A stretch of 64,000 nt of DNA from Laetmonice hystrix (GCA_965235115.1 OZ249436.1:32614001-32678000), one strand, 5' to 3'. Shown: positions 1-25,381, counted from the stretch's first letter. Program-made: numbers and translations. Notes: generated by a model from the sequence alone, not told the origin.

Positions 1-302
1 CAAATAATACAGCTTTCATAAATGTACAACACACAAATTTCCATTAAATAAAGTGTGGCATTAATTAACTTCAGTACCAGCGTCCTGTGTCTGATTCCCA
101 TAAAAAACTGATAGGTGGTAACAAATGTAAACTTTTAATTATTGATAATGAACTAGGGAATTTAATTATGTGCTTTATGTATAGTAAACCTTTGAATCTG
201 GGTATGAAAGATGGCAATGGCGGAATTTCATCCATTTACCAAGCTTGAGTTCTCCTCACACAGCCGGAAATTTCAGTATTGTTTGTTTGGTTACATTTGT
301 AG

Positions 303-3300
303 GTTTTGGCACCAACTTGGTGGTCACCTTGCTCGGGTGGAAACCAACCGTATTGGTATTGTCTGGGGAATAGGGTATGATGGTACTGCTTGGGTTTACT
401 CTGGTGGCTATGGCGGTGGATTCTTCAAGGGTGAGTAACTCTACAGCTGTCATTAGGGCCCCCACCTCCATACTCTATGACCTGGAAAGGAAGCTGTTTC
501 TGTCGAAATAGAGGTGTTAATGGTATACATACCACTATTAGCATCAGAAAAATCAGTAGTATAACGTGGACTTCATTTACTTTGTACATGTAGGTGTTGC
601 CAGCAGTCCACAGGGGATTCACCAGCAAACTGATCTCAGGGAAGTCTTTATATATGAGAACCAACGATGGAGGCCAGTCTTTGGATATACAGACAAGTAA
701 GGCAGTACCTTGATATTTTGAAATGTTATACATGTATTTCCTTTTTGTATTTACCCAACCAGCAAAGCTTGGCTTACTGAGACTCCATCTTTGGGGTTTG
801 GAAGTCAGCATTTTAAAAAAATAATTTTAAAGTAGTGCTTACTTTTTATCTTTTGGGTTGAACAAAATCACATTTTCTGCCCACGGGTTCAGCCGTATAA
901 GACCTCTTGTCATATTGGAAGCTAATCTATATAATAGAATAGAAAACATTGCAGTTTGGTGGATGGAAAACGGTTTTTTTTGCAGGGTACTGCTGAGTGA
1001 CAGGTACACTTGGAGTGATGAGACAGGAAAAGTGGAATGCACCAAGCAGAACACCAAATTAATGTCAAGGCACTGGATCTGGGTAGGTGACATGTTGAAA
1101 ACAATATTGATCTAAAGGGCAATGTATTTATTATAGACTGAAGTATGGATGAGGAAACATTGTTATGGCTATTTATTGTTTTATAGGTAACTGACTGGCA
1201 GGTAGATCATCGGACCCCTGGAGGTGTGGACAAGGAAGGATGGCAGTATGCCAGAGACTTCAAAGGGTCAGCAGCCACACTTTTACTAAAGACACATAGA
1301 CATTAGAATTTAAGGAACTCTTTATAGAACTCTGAACACTGATGTTCTGAACATTTACTCTACATTAGTAGTAAGAGTAGTACTTAATAAACTCAATGTC
1401 CATCTTATGGTACTGCTAAACTTAAAAGGTTACTCCAGTAGAGCTCATACTGGTAATACCATACTGGCAAAACCACTGAAATTATTACCTTCTTTGAACA
1501 ATTTCTGGATGGCTTGATACAGTCCCAGAGGTTTTGCTCTCATTTTTTTAGACCTTTCCGACCAAGACCTCGGTTGAGGAGCTATGTACGGCGAAGACGA
1601 TGGATGAGGTAATGACCCCTATTTATCTGTAGAGACTTTTGAGAAGTATATTGAACTTGTGCATCAAGGGCCATACACTTCTTTTTGGAATTAATAAGTT
1701 TAGAGTAATTCAGAAAGATCCTATATTTTTTAATACACAGGGCCTTTTGGAATCATGGTATTAAGACTTGCTGTCATGTAGTACATTAACTCTGTACAGG
1801 AGATGTAAAGTTGTGACCAGTGGACCATGGGTGGATGTTCTACCTCTACCATTACGGGACGTGTCCCTCCAGCTTGACCCACGTCCAGTCGACCGTGACA
1901 TGGTGGCAGTGTGGGCGATCAGTGTAACTGGTGATGTGCTGTGTCGAGTAGGGGTCACTCGACAGGAACCTGAGGTAAAACATAGTTTTAAAAAAATATT
2001 CTGAACACTTTTAAGTACCGATACTATGTCTTAGGTCCATCAGTATATTTTATTGTATTGTAAAATGTATGATATGAAACACCCCAGAGATTTATGGATT
2101 ATTGAATTCGAACGAAGGTTGTGAATTTTGAACTTGTAAAATAAAATTACAGGACTTCTTGATTTTTAAATGAAGTGGACAGCAGAGAGTGGCTAGTCGT
2201 GAATGTTTGCTAACATTGTTTGACCGTGGTGTGTTGTAGGGCAGTGCATGGCTCCACGTGCCCACAGACCAACCGTTTGTCTCTGTAAGTGTGGGAGGCA
2301 GACTGAGAGTGTGGGCTGTAGCCAGGGATGGTTCAGCCTGGTATCGTGGTGGCGTTGCCCCTTTCACCCCAACAGGTCAGTATTGTTTTTCCATGTATGG
2401 TCTTCATTTAATATATTATTGTTATCCCCCTTTTAGTACATTATATTATAATGTGTTGTCTACTGTAGATAAGGTGTTTATTTGTTTTTTCCTGTTATTC
2501 ACTCCCCAGGAACGTGCTGGTACCACATCGCTCCACCATCCAAGGCGACGAGCCTGGTCCAAGTGTCTGCGGGAGCTACCCAGGTCTGGGTGGTCGACAG
2601 CAACAGTCAGTATCCAATACCAGGGGCCGAAATTATCGGGCGCTGGGCGCTAATTCACGCCCCAACGACCAAACACTGCTTCCATAAAGGCATGAAATAA
2701 GCAGCCTTGGGTGCAATTATTTGCTTCCGTAGATATTTTGCTTAAAATAATCCAACCGCACGCTAGTTCAGCAGTGAGGTAATGGGGGTTTGACTAGCTG
2801 GTGTTTGAGGAGGGGCTGGGCAGAGTTGTGGCCAAGGCATATGACACCCAATCTGATATACAGGCTCACTGTCTACACTTGCCATCTTTCTGAATGGCTC
2901 CTAACACCTTTTGACACATTAGAAATTACCCGGTAGAAACGATTTTTAGCCCCCCCCCCCCCCCAAAAAAAAATGTTGAGAAGGGGTGGCCTAGTACTAA
3001 GCTGTTTTGGAGAATTGCTCCTGTAACCAGGCAGATTGCTTCTGTGAGACCTTGTGGAAGCTATTTACGGAAGCTATTTTTTGCTTCTGTGGGAAAATCC
3101 TTAATTTCAACTCCAAACACATTTCTTACTGTTGTCAGACCATGGACGGTGGAGACTTTCGAAATTAGATCTTATTTAAAAAATATTTCCTGGATCTTTT
3201 ACCACTTTTTAAAACTTATATTGTAACAATTACACAATATACAAAATTATTAATGATTACCAGGAAGATTATCTCGCCAGAAAGAAGATCATTGTTACAT

Positions 3301-4377
3301 CTTGAGGTGTTTGTGTTTTCAGAGGTATTGTGGACACGACAGGGTATTTCACACAAGTGTCCCGAGGGGATGTCATGGTTACAGGTGTGCACCCGTGTGA
3401 CAATGGTCTCTGTCACCGTTGACGACCAGGTGAGAAATATCATCCAAACCACTCCAGTCCTTATTAAAGGATTCTTAGTAGTCATGGCAAAACCTTCAAG
3501 CATACCATGTGATATACTGGTATTCTGTATTCTGTCGAGAGGCCCTGTATCAAAATTCAGCATAGCAAGATGAACAGTATAATGCCTATAATACAGTAAA
3601 TAGTACATGTATATGTGTGTTCTGATCGAAGGATATCACCGATATTATTATTTTTGATCATTGATTGATTATTTTTACAGGTGTGGGCCATACTTGATGA
3701 TGTGGCTTGTAAAGGGGGTGCTCAGAATGGAGTCCTATGTCGTCGAGTGGACACATCACATAATAACCCTAAACAGGGTACCTGGGACTATGGTATAGGG
3801 GTATGTATTCTTTCGACAACATCATTACACATACCTGCCAACCCTTCCGCATTCTGCGGAATCTTTCCGCATTTGAATGAGGGTATTCCGCATTCCGCAT
3901 TACTGTCTAAATATTATGGAATCATAAAATTTACAGAATGAGTAGATTCCCTCCAAATACATGTTAAATCTCTCGCTTATGGCAGAGTTTCACTGGCAAA
4001 AAGATCGATGGTCCCTTCCAGATCTCTAGACTAAGTTTAGTAAATCAGAGTTGTGCTTTCTGTCAGTAATGGAGAGGAAGAGAGAGAGAGAGAGATGGAT
4101 AAAAGAAAGGGGGCCATATAAGTTATTTAGAGAGAATATCAAAAGTCAATTTAGGATGATTCCGGATTCCGTCGACCAAATGTTGGCAGGTATGCATTAC
4201 ATGATCAATTTTAAGAATTTTGCGTTTATCTCTATAAAAATACCTGCACTAATGCAAAGGGATGAATCATACATGCCATGCCTTGTTGCTTGAGTAAAAG
4301 AACACCACATTTAAATTGATTTTTGTTCCTTCCAGGGTGGATGGCATCATGTTTCAGCAAGAGGTTGGCTAAGGTAG
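303..4377 (+). CDS. TECPR1: Tectonin beta-propeller repeat-containing protein 1, 3' part (5' exons lie outside the window). Exons 303-430, 594-696, 986-1082, 1187-1266, 1552-1608, 1800-1974, 2240-2375, 2510-2605, 3323-3429, 3681-3800, 4336-4377 (TAG)
   Basis: GT-AG exons splice in frame. They give TECPR repeats (GIVWGIGYDGTAWVY; VWAVARDGSAWYRGGV) and a DysF domain (IYENQRW..WSDETG..DWQVD..GGVDKEGWQYA..YVRRRRW), the TECPR1 C-terminal architecture. Confidence 0.9.
3830..4194. mobile_element. Non-autonomous DNA transposon (MITE) in the last TECPR1 intron
   Basis: TIR CATACCTGCCAAC / GTTGGCAGGTATG; direct repeat CATTACA on both flanks (3823-3829, 4195-4201). Confidence 0.85.
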
Positions 4378-5375
4378 ATAATTTGGGATACCTGCACTAA
4401 AAGGTTCAATAGTTCAAGTTCAAGTAAATGACACCTTCACGACATGCAAGAGTATCCATTATCGTGACCGGGACTTAATTGTGTGAGTTGTACTGATGTG
4501 GCTTTTGAATTACAAGTAATTATTCAGATGGTAACAAAAGGTGTAAATACGATATTGGAAAAGTGTTTTTTATGACCCTTAAAATTTGCTGGGGACATGA
4601 TTATTGCTCCTCGTAGCCTTGAACTGCCCACGAGCAGTTTTGGACTGTACAAAGTGGAATGGGAAAATGTTCATCTTAAATGAGCTGTCATTATTTTCAA
4701 CTTTGAACAATTCCGGTTTTGACCGTAAAACCCGACAAAGCCTGTTCAGTGTTTGAACATGAATCAAAGGGTATAAGGAACATTATCATATGGTGAACAA
4801 GGTAGGGGTATTTATAGTCATGTTGAAAACAAGCTCTTTGATCAAAGAACTGTGTGATATGAAGAAGAATGTAGATTGTATCTGTGTCTGATCGGAAAGT
4901 GCTGTCAAAGAACTTGTGATACGACTATGAGATTTACTACATCATAAATGAATGTTGCAGTAATTTAATGAATAATGATTCCGTAATGTACTGTGTAGGC
5001 GGGACCACATTCGTACCTCTTACTGGGGTTGTACACATGGCTTGTTACACAAAGGTATTTCTTGGTGTTTGTATGTATAAATTCTAATTGTGTCTTCATT
5101 GCTAATGTTTCGTGTATTCTACCACAGATACTACTTATAATTACATAGATGTGATTTCTTGTACAATATGTCAGTATTTGTCAGTTGATGTAGGGAAGCA
5201 ATTAGAAACGGACTGTAATCATTCTGTATATAAAGGTTGGTGAAGTGAAGACCATTGAAGTGAAGAGAAACAGACGTCTGTGTGTATGTAAGAAGAATGC
5301 TGCTTTGTGTGAAGGGATGGATGGATGTCAAACTTTAGATCGATGTACTGCAGTACAAAAATTCACTGAAACAGA

Positions 5376-5702
5376 GGCCCAACAGTTAGTGACACACTGT
5401 TGTTATCAGTTACCCAAGTTTGCTTACAGTGGCCCAACAGTTAGTGACACACTGTTGTTATCAGTTACCCAAGTTTGCTTACAGTGGCCCAACAGTTAGT
5501 GACACACTGTTGTTATCAGTTACCCAAGTTTGCTTACAGTGGCCCAACAGTTAGTGACACACTGTTGTTATCAGTTACCCAAGTTTGCTTACAGTGGCCC
5601 AACAGTTAGTGACACACTGTTGTTATCAGTTACCCAAGTTTGCTTACAGTGGCCCAACAGTTAGTGACACACTGTTGTTATCAGTTACCCAAGTTTGCTT
5701 AC
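5376..5702. repeat. Minisatellite, 55-bp unit, about 6 identical copies
   Basis: Unit GGCCCAACAGTTAGTGACACACTGTTGTTATCAGTTACCCAAGTTTGCTTACAGT starts at 5376, 5431, 5486, 5541, 5596 and 5651. Confidence 0.97.
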
Positions 5703-8700
5703 GTAGTACAGATTTACCACAGATTTACCGCAGGGCATGAATATCATATGACTGACCAAGGCTCGTTATAAATTTGTACTACGTCAAAGAAAACATGATT
5801 TTATCACAGTTCCAGTAACTGACGTGAAAAAATTTATAGCTAATGAAAAATCCGTCCTCGGAGGGGCATTAAGACACTAATGATCAAAGCATTATGATGA
5901 CACATAAGGCAGGCCTCTGACTGGTGCGACATCTCCAAGAGGGGGCGCATTGGTCTGAACCCATGCTATATGTTCGTATTGTGGGGTGAATCTCATATCA
6001 TGGGGTACGAATCCATATCACGGGCAGATAGACCAATCAGAAAGCAGCATTTTATTTGTTACTGGGACTGTGATAAAAGAATGTACACTTGTTCCATGGA
6101 CAAATTACTTACTACCATGTATATACGTGCATTTAAGTACAAATTTAGTAGAGGCTGAATCCCCCCCCCCAACAAATGGACTCCCATTTTTAAGGTGACA
6201 ATACCTTATTATTTTTTTTATATCTGGAAACTGAAAACCATAAAATTTCCATCTAACCCTTCTCACAAGGACTGAATGAAATATTTAGCTGGTGTAATTT
6301 GGATGTGCTGTACCGGAATGCCTTATATCAGGAAGCAGGGACTTAATGAGGAATTCATCACAGGGTCTTGAACGCTGGACAAGGATTGGTAAACTAAAGG
6401 CAGTTGATGAGATTGACTTTATTACTAGGTAATACGTTCTGGTACCAGTAATACTGAAGGAAATAATCAGACCGTAAACTTGCATAGATTGGTTGAGATA
6501 CCCGGTACATGTATACAAGGTACGATATAAAGCCAGTGGCTCTAAACACGTATTTATATTCAGTATTGGCCAAAACCTATGGTTTTGCTTTCATTGTCTC
6601 GATTATGTCAAATAGATATTTTTCATTGCTGATGTTACATGTTGTGGGCGATAACTGTAGATCACCTAATAATCACAATGGTAATTTCTTCCATAGTCCA
6701 TGGTTCACTTTTGTGTTTTGACTTAATGTAGATACAAGGATAAAGTTATCTTATGTAGAGAAAGTTGCTTACAATTCGTTGTTTCTGGTAACAAAGACTA
6801 ATGTTGATACAGATTAATGATATTAGAGTGATAGGAGACATCTAAACTCTACATAGTGCATGCATTATCATGACTCTGACAAGCAGTTGCTAAATTTCAT
6901 GAAAAAAGTCAGCGCAGAATGATCCGAGAAAGGTCACATATGTAAAATCAATCATTCCCCACTCCCACTCTTGGCACCCGAAGTCAAAGCTCCCTTAACG
7001 CAATTATTAGGTGTTATAATTCAGGAAAAAAGTGGGCCAAGAAAAACTTAAAGTTGATTTTTACATTCAAGAATTTGCTATATTGAATATGCAACCTTTT
7101 TAAACGGCCATAAATTAAAAATGAATGATCCCTGATGGTGCATTCATCATATAATAGTGTATTTTTGCAGTGAGCATTCATTTTCCAAAAAAAAATTCCC
7201 TGAAAGATGTCACTTGGCCCGCTTTTCACCTAAGCCACTCCTTTGACACATTAACAATACAGGGATTCTTGACTTGAATGTCAGCACCCTACATGGACGC
7301 ATACGTATGATTTGGCGTCATTCTTGTTGGAATTTAATTTCTCCTTTCATGATGCTTTCCAAACTCTAAATTTTACAGAGAAGATCCGGTAAATGATATT
7401 TCACAATTACGTTACACAGAATATGTTGTCAGCTCAGGTAGTTGGCGCTTTGTTGTCATGTTAAAGGTCTGTCAACCTTTTTTTGTTTTTTGTTACATCT
7501 TTATTTGATAAAAGGACCCGTTGTAAGCACTTGAATGGGGACCATAATGAATTGTTATCTTTAGTCTGTGATTTTAATAAGGCTTGAAATAATATCATAT
7601 GGCGGATATTGGATAGTCTTAACTCTATAACTGAGATTTGAGATGTGCCATTAAAATCTTCGTATAGGAATATCCACTTCCATGATGACGTAAGCATTTC
7701 TTTTTGAGAATTCCTCATCTACGTGCAGAGAAAAATAATCACGGTGCATGATGTTGCTTTGCGTCTCCTGATAGAGCAAATTAGAAAATAATAGAGGAAA
7801 GCGTCTTTAAAATGTATTATGCCGCTTCAAGGAGAGAGATCGTCATGCATGAGGGACTGTAAAAGTTTTCAAAGGGGATACACCCAGTGTCTGGGTTTCA
7901 CATTACAAAAATTGTAATTTCAAAGAGGGACACAATAAGTGCTTATTCATGTACATGTGCGACTAAAAAGCGATTTTCATTCAAATTTCTTGTTTGCATT
8001 TGTGCTGATATTAAACATTTGAAGGGAACGAATTGAAGAATAAACGAAAATATTCTTGATGCCAGCTGTCAATATTTTGCACCATTTTTTTTTATAGATT
8101 ATAGAAACCATGTCCCTTTTCTCCATTTCTTATTGGGAATTTCTACTGATAATACATTGTAATGAGCTTGAGGTCATGGCATATGAAACTCTGATGCAAG
8201 AACTTGAGCGACGGAGACAACATCAGACCTGAACTTATTCTCACAGAAATCTACTGTTCGTGAATTCTGCTTAGTCTTAAATAAAATATTTTGAAGGTCA
8301 ATACGGTGTCTAATTTGTTTGAATGCTTTCCAGTGAGAAGGTTGAGCTACACTAACTTGTACGCTGGGTGCGGTTCAGCCGTCTCTGACAGACATTGTCA
8401 TTGTTTAATATGTACAGGGTGTGGCAGAGATAAAGGTACATCAAGAATAATGTAACTTTTAGACGCCGGTAGTCACCATCAGCCAGTCTAAAGTACGTAA
8501 ATAGAAAGATGATCGTAATTTAATGTTTTCTGGTGGATACCTGGTTGGATATGTTTTAATATCGCAGGTTTCAGTGTTGCTGTTTTATACATTTCCTTCA
8601 ACTTTCTAGAAATATCAGACTTAACGAAATTAATTTTAGGTTTGATAATGTGTAAAACTTAATGTCCATCATTTTCAGGCTGTGTATGATAAAGATTTTC

Positions 8701-11700
8701 GGCGACTGACTTACATGTTTCGTTTTTATTATGTTGCTCCCTCATCCCAAGTCCCCACAGTGTCAGGATCTAACGAAGGGACAACAGAAGCAACTATTTC
8801 ATTTTTAAGTTACGTTCTTTTATTTCTGCAAGTCCGTATGAAAGCATTCAGAAGCTCCAAATGATAATAGAATATAAAATCGGAGGCTATTAAACACCAA
8901 GTGCACGGTGCACCTACACCTTTCATTGTTAGTGACTTAGACAACCAGGTCGGAGGATTCATGTTTATCAAGATTCACCTGGTAATTATTAATGTCTCCA
9001 TGTTGTTACACATTTATACAGAGTAATAACATCAATGTTTTGAATACTCCCATTTATATCTGTTTACCAATGTACGGCCCTCAAAACTTGTCAAAAAACC
9101 ACCTTTCATCATGATGCAAGCTTTCTACCTTTCTGGGCACCGAACTACATTTACATGTACTCCAAAAGAAATATATCAGTAAAGGTTTCCTATGGAACAA
9201 AAATAATACAGACATCTCGAGTTACTAGTAATGCTTCACTGACGACATACCGTCAGCTTCCCTCCCCCATCTTTGAAGTTTCACTCCTTATCAACATCCC
9301 TCCCACAATTCCCCTTCCCAAAATAAAAATAACTGAAAAAGAACCCTGCTATAATGAGACACTGGATAACTGAGAACCCCTGCGCTTAACCTATGGGTAC
9401 CAGTAACATAATATTGCTCAGTATGTACATATAAAGCGGGTCTTGCAAAAAATTCTTCAAACAGTTCTTCTAGCTACTGTTCATCTGCAATGCCGGTTTA
9501 AATCACCTATTCTCGATGTGATCTTTGATACTGACGACAGATTTTCCGTGGGCCAGGAAGAATTAGGGTTGGGAGCATGGAAGGTTTTCAAAAATCCTAC
9601 AATACCCGGACTCGGTAGACTGTTTTAGAACAGATAGAAATATATCCATCAACCCTAAAAATCAACCAATCCAGATCTTATTTAGTATATTTTGGTTTCT
9701 ATGGTCCGCAGTCTATTCAACAAGCTGATTGGTTGATGGATATAGTTCCTCCACCCCTTTTACCAAAGCGTCTCTTGCAACTATACAAAATATATGCATA
9801 TATACAAGTATGTAGACTTAGTTTTTGCAACCTTTAAGAGTAAAATGTAAAGTCAACTTACTAGAAAATAAATTTGTTGATTCATAAAAGATAAACATAT
9901 TGTATGGTAAAGAGCAGGATGTGGTGGGGAGAGAAATAGTGTGTACCTCAACTCGTGGGCATGTTTGGTACAATAAGATTGTAGAGCATAACCACATGCT
10001 TGGTATACAGCTTCATTGTTAAACAAAAGCCACAGCTTTTGGCAATATTCTAATTTCCTTAACTGCATAATCTCGCTCTGTATTGGCAATAAAATGTTTT
10101 CTCCCAAAATGGCTGTGAACATCGCTCCATTTAGTATTTTGTTCCATATTTAGGAACACAGATGTAAGCTACTTCTGGGTTCTCAGTTCTAAAATATATT
10201 TGTTCGGGAGAATCGGCATGGCAGTAAAACTAAGAATCAACCTCTGCACTGCCTTCATCATCTGGTCAGAACCAATCTTCACCTACGTGTTCCACACGCA
10301 TCTTAACTTGTTAACAATTTACCGATAAATTTACCACTTTTGTGAGAAATAGCGTTTAAGGCCGTGAGGCCAAACGGTGAAGGTAGATTCATGATGCTAA
10401 CATGAATCCCAGCACATTCTTCACCACCAATATCAATTTCCGAGATGAACTTATTTAATAATGACCCAAGATCGTAATTTAACTTCTGCTTGGCCTAACG
10501 CACCTGACCCCTGCAGCTAACGGCTCAGCCAATATGTAAGGGGCAGCTCTAGACATTTTAGAGGCAACTTTGATACTTTGGCGTGGACGTAATACTACCA
10601 CGGCAATTCCATTACTCTTCTTATTAATTATAAATCATGATTCACTTTGGAGAATGCTGCTGAAACGTCACAGAGTCAAAATGTCTACATGTATTACAGG
10701 GTCCACTGCTACCATGCAGCTGCCCACCATCCTTCCCCAGACACAAGCCTCTGGAGTTGCCTTCTCCAGCAGGGCCCAAACAGTCAGTATAGAATACCAG
10801 ACCCGATCCTCGGGCCAATCCATACTTTGTGCACTTACTATTATATATAATTCTGTAACATGACTCTTACATCTATGCACCAACCATCCAGATCAGAGTC
10901 TCTGACTGCCACAACATGAGTCCACTACTCCTTCTGTGAGACTTCAACCAACCAATCTGACTCCTGCTCAGCCTTCCCGTGTGGCTGTGAATCTTCAACA
11001 TCTCTGGCTCGCTTGGTTCCACCATGCAGATACAGGCTGTGCACTCATTTAGATTAACCTGACAGTAAACCTCGCCATTATCAATTTCTGCCCCCGTTTG
11101 TTTGCACTGATGCTACCCATACTAAAGCTCCCACTACATGGGTCAGCATTCACCACAAAATTTCAGAATACACTGGACTTTTTCCAATTTACGAAAGTAA
11201 TGCAACTATGAACACCTACTGCCAGATTTTTTGTATATTTTATTTTAATATAAAAGGAATTTCGATGAAATCTATTCTACTGACACGAAGTAGAATTTGT
11301 TCATATCTTGGTAACCCATTTTGGCACACGGAAAGCGATTCCTTATGTACAATCTGTTCAAGTTAAGCAAAATCCAACTGTGTACCAAAAGAAATCCTAC
11401 TTGGAAAATTTGTTTTCAGAATTTGAGGCATATATCCATCATGGAAAGCTGGGGAAGTAACAGTGCTGCCAATAACTGTAGTTCTGCATTGTTCTTTTTA
11501 AAGGTCAAATAATACCAAAACTTCACAAGTTAAAGAATTAGAATTTGGGTAAAAGGTTTCTAAGGCAAAACGTCAGTGGCAGGAGAGCTGTGGGCGACAA
11601 CACTTAGTTACAAGTGACTACAACATGACTGTCCTGCTTCTGTGCCTGATGACAAAGTTTACCGTAATGTTGCAATCGAAAACCTGTCTTACTTACTGGC

Positions 11701-13602
11701 GCACGTCAACATCCTACACAACCAGTTTACTGGCACCATCTCCACCCCACAGTGCTCATTATAGAGGAATTTATCACTCCTCATGCACAAAAGGTAAGAA
11801 CGATTCACTCCATCTGACATTTCATCACAATTACCACTGCATAATCTTTCCTTTGGCTACGAAACTTTGTGCTCGTTTTCATTTTCTCCAGTACCTCTAC
11901 CCCCAGTCCTTATTTGAATATGAACACTTACTTGCAACATTACGGTAAATGCCTTGAAACTAATTCTCTAATACGATAACCCCCTGAAGACACATGTGAG
12001 ACAATGCCATGGAGGAGGGCGAGTCTGCAGGGGTGGGTATGGGGGATTTCAACGAGCACCTGTATTCAGGGGTTTTTACCAAATACAACACCCCATTAAG
12101 AGCAACCGGAAGGTTTCAGTATCTTACAAGCCAGCTTAACAGCTACTTCCCAGCTCAGGTGTGTCATCTATGGAAACGCTTTGCACACACTCTGTCATGC
12201 AACCAGTCTGTATACTCCTCCTACTAGGTCTTTCTTCATTTTGTTTCTTTACCAGGGTGTGGGTCAGCCCAGAGAAACCCAATCTCAGATTGTCATGACT
12301 TCACTTCTGTCCTCTCATATGATCGAAAATAAAGCCAAAGAAGATAATCTTCAAGTAAATAAATAATTGAAAAATTGAATGGACCCCTTCAGATATCATT
12401 TTCTACCTCTTATATTTTCTTCCTTTCGTTATTTATGAACTCTGGGTTACCTCAGAACAACACAACACCATGAGACTTGTCCCATACTGTCACTTATTAA
12501 TAAAATCACTCAGAGGGAAGAAACCGAGCATTGTACCTAGTAACACTTGGCTACAGATCACTCAGCAAGGATTCTTATGACATAAACCAGTGACTCATTA
12601 TGCAGAAACCTTTGGAAGGGTCCACTATAAACCCCCCAGGATTCGGCTGTGGAGTTCACAGTTTTCTCTATATGAAGATAGCCCACCCTCAGCCACATCT
12701 GCTTCCACTGAGTATAGCCAAGCCGGTGTCCTATCCTTTAAAAGTTGTGTTCATAATTTATTCTTACATTTGATTATTTTTCCATTATTTCATAGTGGCA
12801 TTCTTATGGCAAGGTTGTTACATACTGTCCTACTAGACCACTACAAACGGGCGTAGGACATGGCATGGCTACCTCCCACAACGAACCCCTTCCTTAGCAG
12901 CGCTGTACAAATTGCCCACCATTGTAAGCCGCTGTGGTTTGGTCGACGTTTGACACTGCACACCCAAAATGATCAGTGGTGACATGGGAGAGGCAGGTCA
13001 GAGTTCTAGTTGCGACAAAATAATGAGGATGATTCTATTTGTTATTTTTCCAAAACCACTGTGGCTCTTACCCTATCCAGAGTGGTCCGTCTTCTGCCAG
13101 CTTGATTTGGCATCTGTTTTGGACATTCTAAAGATGCCTCAGCTAGTGTCGCTTTGTTCCACCAGTTAAAGTCATGACCTGCATTAACCAAAACCCAGCA
13201 CGACCACGAGGACCAAAGAATATTCACAGATAAAGGACCCAGCAGTTTACAGCAGCAAGTCTTCCATACTTGAAAAACAAACTTCCATTTCTTCCATTTT
13301 ATGGTCAATTGGCACAGAGTGCTGAAGAATTGAGAAAAAAAATTCAAACCTTCCTAAAATGTGTTATTTTTCCTGTCACAAATCTACTCTGCACTTTCCT
13401 CTCTGTACTCCATGCAACTTACATGAGGTGGGGCGTCTCGTCATAGTGGTTCCAATCGGTATGACGCTCGTCTCTGTCAATACTGGCAGGTTCTGTCAAA
13501 GTCAACTTCAGCTGTACAATTTTCAAAAGTCTAGTTGGGTTGTGGGCTGCTGTAGACTTAGAAGGCCCATTATTCTTTCAGTCATGCACTCCAAAGTCTG
13601 TT

Positions 13603-24030
<10,428 letters not shown>

Positions 24031-24235
24031 TTTGCCCCCTCCGCCAATATCTGTAAATGTAGGAAACATGGGAATCAGTCAGGAAATATGATCTCATGTC
24101 TGAATTAATAATCAGTCTTATTTTTGTGATACACCCAATGTCTCCCAATTCCTCTTATCAAATTAACCAAACAATGTTTAATAGAGAACAGGTCAGGGGT
24201 CATCAATTACACGGCATCGTATTAAACTTCAAACT

Positions 24236-25381
24236 CAGGGCTTGCCAAATCGTCTGCCCGGACGCCCGGGACAACCACTTTCAAGTGTCGGGCTACCAGC
24301 ACTTGTCTAGGTAAAGCCCGGCGGGCAACTGGACTGTAAGAAGCAGTCACTGACACTGCCAGTCCCCCCCCCCCCCCACACCCACCCACCATGTCCACGA
24401 CAGTCGGTCCGGCCCGGTGACAAGTGTCCAGCTACCAGTCACCGCTACCGCCTGCCCACCTCTTCAGCCCTGCTGCTGACTTGTGATGTTCCTCTGGTCA
24501 GACTCATTCCCAAGGCTAATCCCCACCCCACCCCACCCAATTAAAGAACCATTAATGTGACCTTGTAAGGGCGATGTCAGAACCTCTCAGTGAAGTTCGT
24601 TTTGGTTCATTGTTAATCAAGAAAGAATTTTCAGATTAGTTTTGATGAATGCCTATCCTTAAAAATCTCCTTCACCCCCTTACAAAAATCCTGGATTCAT
24701 GCCTGCCAGGGTTGTCAATATGGTCAATGGTGCCACTACAGGTAAAAGCTACTATTCAGGGGGGGGGGGGGGGTTCCTCATCATGTCGTTTGCTTGTATC
24801 GTTAACTCCACTGTATTTTCAATGGGGATTTTAATGCACGACAGGATAACGATAGATGAGGAACACTTTTTTGTCAGCTACTCCCCCCAAAGAAATTCAG
24901 GAGGAAATATTTTGCATTACTCTTCCCCCCCCCCAAACTCGCACCATCCCATCCCCCCCCCCCCCCAAAAAAAAAGTCGAAAATCTTGAGGACACCCTGC
25001 TACTCCAAGGTGATTTGGTGACTTGTGAATGATCAGGGCTGACAAAAGTTCAGCAGGGCTGACAGATTCTGGGGTCAATCAGCCCGGATGGCTGACAGCT
25101 GAAAAAGTTAAGGGCGAACACTGACTTGACTGTTTGAAACTTTAATGACTTTACTGTTTGAGAGATTCGCCTTTCTGTTTGACTGGAGAAGAAATTAATT
25201 CCACATACAAACAAAAATGCCTGTCTATTTTCCTTTTAAAATGTACCCCCCAAATGTCACAAAATGCCACTCTTTCATGCCCTACAGTGCCGGGCAACCA
25301 CCAGTCATTGTTGGGCAACCAGGTTGTTATCACTGGTAGCCCACCGGGCAACCACCGTTCAATCAAATTTGGCAAGCCCTG
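24236..25381. mobile_element. Non-autonomous DNA transposon, about 1.15 kb, with nested CAGGG-type fragments
   Basis: TIR CAGGGCTTGCCAAAT / ATTTGGCAAGCCCTG; 5-bp flank duplication AAACT (24231-24235, 25382-25386). Confidence 0.8.

Noticed and set aside
5376..5702. CRISPR-like array
   Set aside because: Units are contiguous and identical with no unique spacers; eukaryotic context and no cas genes
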